This document shows, piece by piece, positions 62,997 to 64,000 of a DNA stretch of 64,000 bases. This DNA comes from Podarcis liolepis (taxonomy: Eukaryota): assembly GCA_965112155.1 (NCBI GenBank), contig OZ218110.1; one strand, given 5' to 3'. Under the pieces are notes generated by a model. That model searched no databases. It was not told the DNA's origin and saw only the letters and a list, made by a program, of their open reading frames with translations. Within the stretch, counting starts at the first letter, position 1, and the number at the start of each line of letters is the position of its first letter. Both the position numbers and the translations under genes were made by a program.

Positions 62997-63237
62997 CAGT
63001 GGTACCTTGGTTCTTGAATGTAATCTGTTCCGGAAGTCCATTTGACTTCCAAAATGTTCGAAAACCAAGGCGCAGCTTCCGATTGGTGCAGGTGCCCCAG
63101 AAACAATAGCTGACAGCTGCACTGGATGTTCGGCTTCCGAAGAACGTTCAAAAACTGGAACACTTACTTCTGGGTTTTTGATGTTTGGGAGCTGATTTGT
63201 TCATCAACTAAGCCGTTTGAGAACCAGTATTCCACTG
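62997..63237. mobile_element. Tigger-like MITE
   Basis: CAGTGGTACCTTGGTTCT..AGAACCAGTATTCCACTG, TA TSD. Confidence 0.8.
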
Positions 63238-63677
63238 TACATTCATTGCTGTCCTTTGCTTGTGGCCGTGATTTCTTCCATCTATTCTATTGAACTCCTG
63301 CCTGCTCACGTCTCCATCCTTCCAGTGTTATCAGCAGGGAAATTCTTACACAAGCCGAGAGAAAAATGGGAGTCTTGCAGCATAACTAGAGCAGGAGCAG
63401 TTGAGTGGAGACCTTGGCACTTGTAGTTTCCAAAAGCAGGACTGTCTGGGCTCGAGTGTGCTTGGACAGTTGAGTTTCTTCCGTCATTGATTTTCAAGAT
63501 CATCATCCAAAATGTGACACTTTGAGTCAGCTCATCATTTTTTGTGTTTGATTGGGTAGTTATGAGGGGATCTCTTTGGAGAACATATCCCCACTCTGCA
63601 ACTTTGGGCACTGCTATGCACACCATGAAAACTCCTTCCCTAACGTATCTCTCTCATATCCTCATCTGACAAAAGTA

Positions 63678-63851
63678 CAGTGGTACCTTGGTTGTCGGAG
63701 CTTTCTGCAGTCAATCAGGAGCCATGAAAGCCACGTCAGATGTTCGGCTTTCGAAAAACGTTCGCAAACCGGAACACTCACTTCCGGGTTTGCGGCGTTC
63801 GGGAGCCGATTTGTTTGGGAGCCAAGCCGTTCGACAACCAAGGTACCACTG
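63678..63851. mobile_element. Tigger-like MITE
   Basis: CAGTGGTACCTTGGTTGTCG..CGACAACCAAGGTACCACTG, TA TSD. Confidence 0.85.
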
Positions 63852-64000
63852 TATGACTAATCCATTCATGTGGCCTGAATATTTTGTGAATCTTTCATGG
63901 CTCCTCATCCATCTGATCTATGAACCCATCTGTCCAGGCTTGGCTCAGCTTGCTCGCTCATCTCAGTCATATTTAGAGTCAAACTAGGTTTATTATCACT

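Noticed and set aside
63306-63626. Minus-strand ORF with a DEL..FW motif like a TM exon
   Set aside because: No hydrophobic stretch follows; not a transmembrane exon.

Overview
Vertebrate genomic DNA from a squamate reptile, probably a lizard (Sauria SINE, CR1/L2/L1 LINEs, Penelope hairpins, Tigger-like MITEs). The window covers the 3' end of the immunoglobulin heavy-chain locus on the minus strand. From right to left: the membrane exons (TM1/TM2) of an upstream IgY-type gene (60.1-61.4 kb), a candidate I-exon/promoter and AGCT-rich switch region (52-57 kb), and a complete IgY (upsilon) constant gene CH1-CH4+TM1+TM2 (39.0-48.1 kb). These are followed by enhancer-like motif clusters (33-37 kb) and a tandem, co-oriented array of CTCF-like sites (23.8-28.2 kb) resembling the mammalian Igh 3'CBE boundary. 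Beyond the boundary, on the plus strand, lie an intact 6-exon vomeronasal type-2 receptor gene (10.8-19.2 kb) and the most notable feature: an apparently intact, inverted, V-less 3-exon gene (3.8-7.75 kb). It has its own TATA box and signal-peptide exon, spliced in frame to a short Ig C-type domain and a diverged IgY-CH4 secretory exon (210 aa), with a decayed tandem duplicate next to it. A 5'-truncated L1-like element with a 20-bp TSD occupies 0.4-2.7 kb. All calls come from manual reading; no database searches were run.
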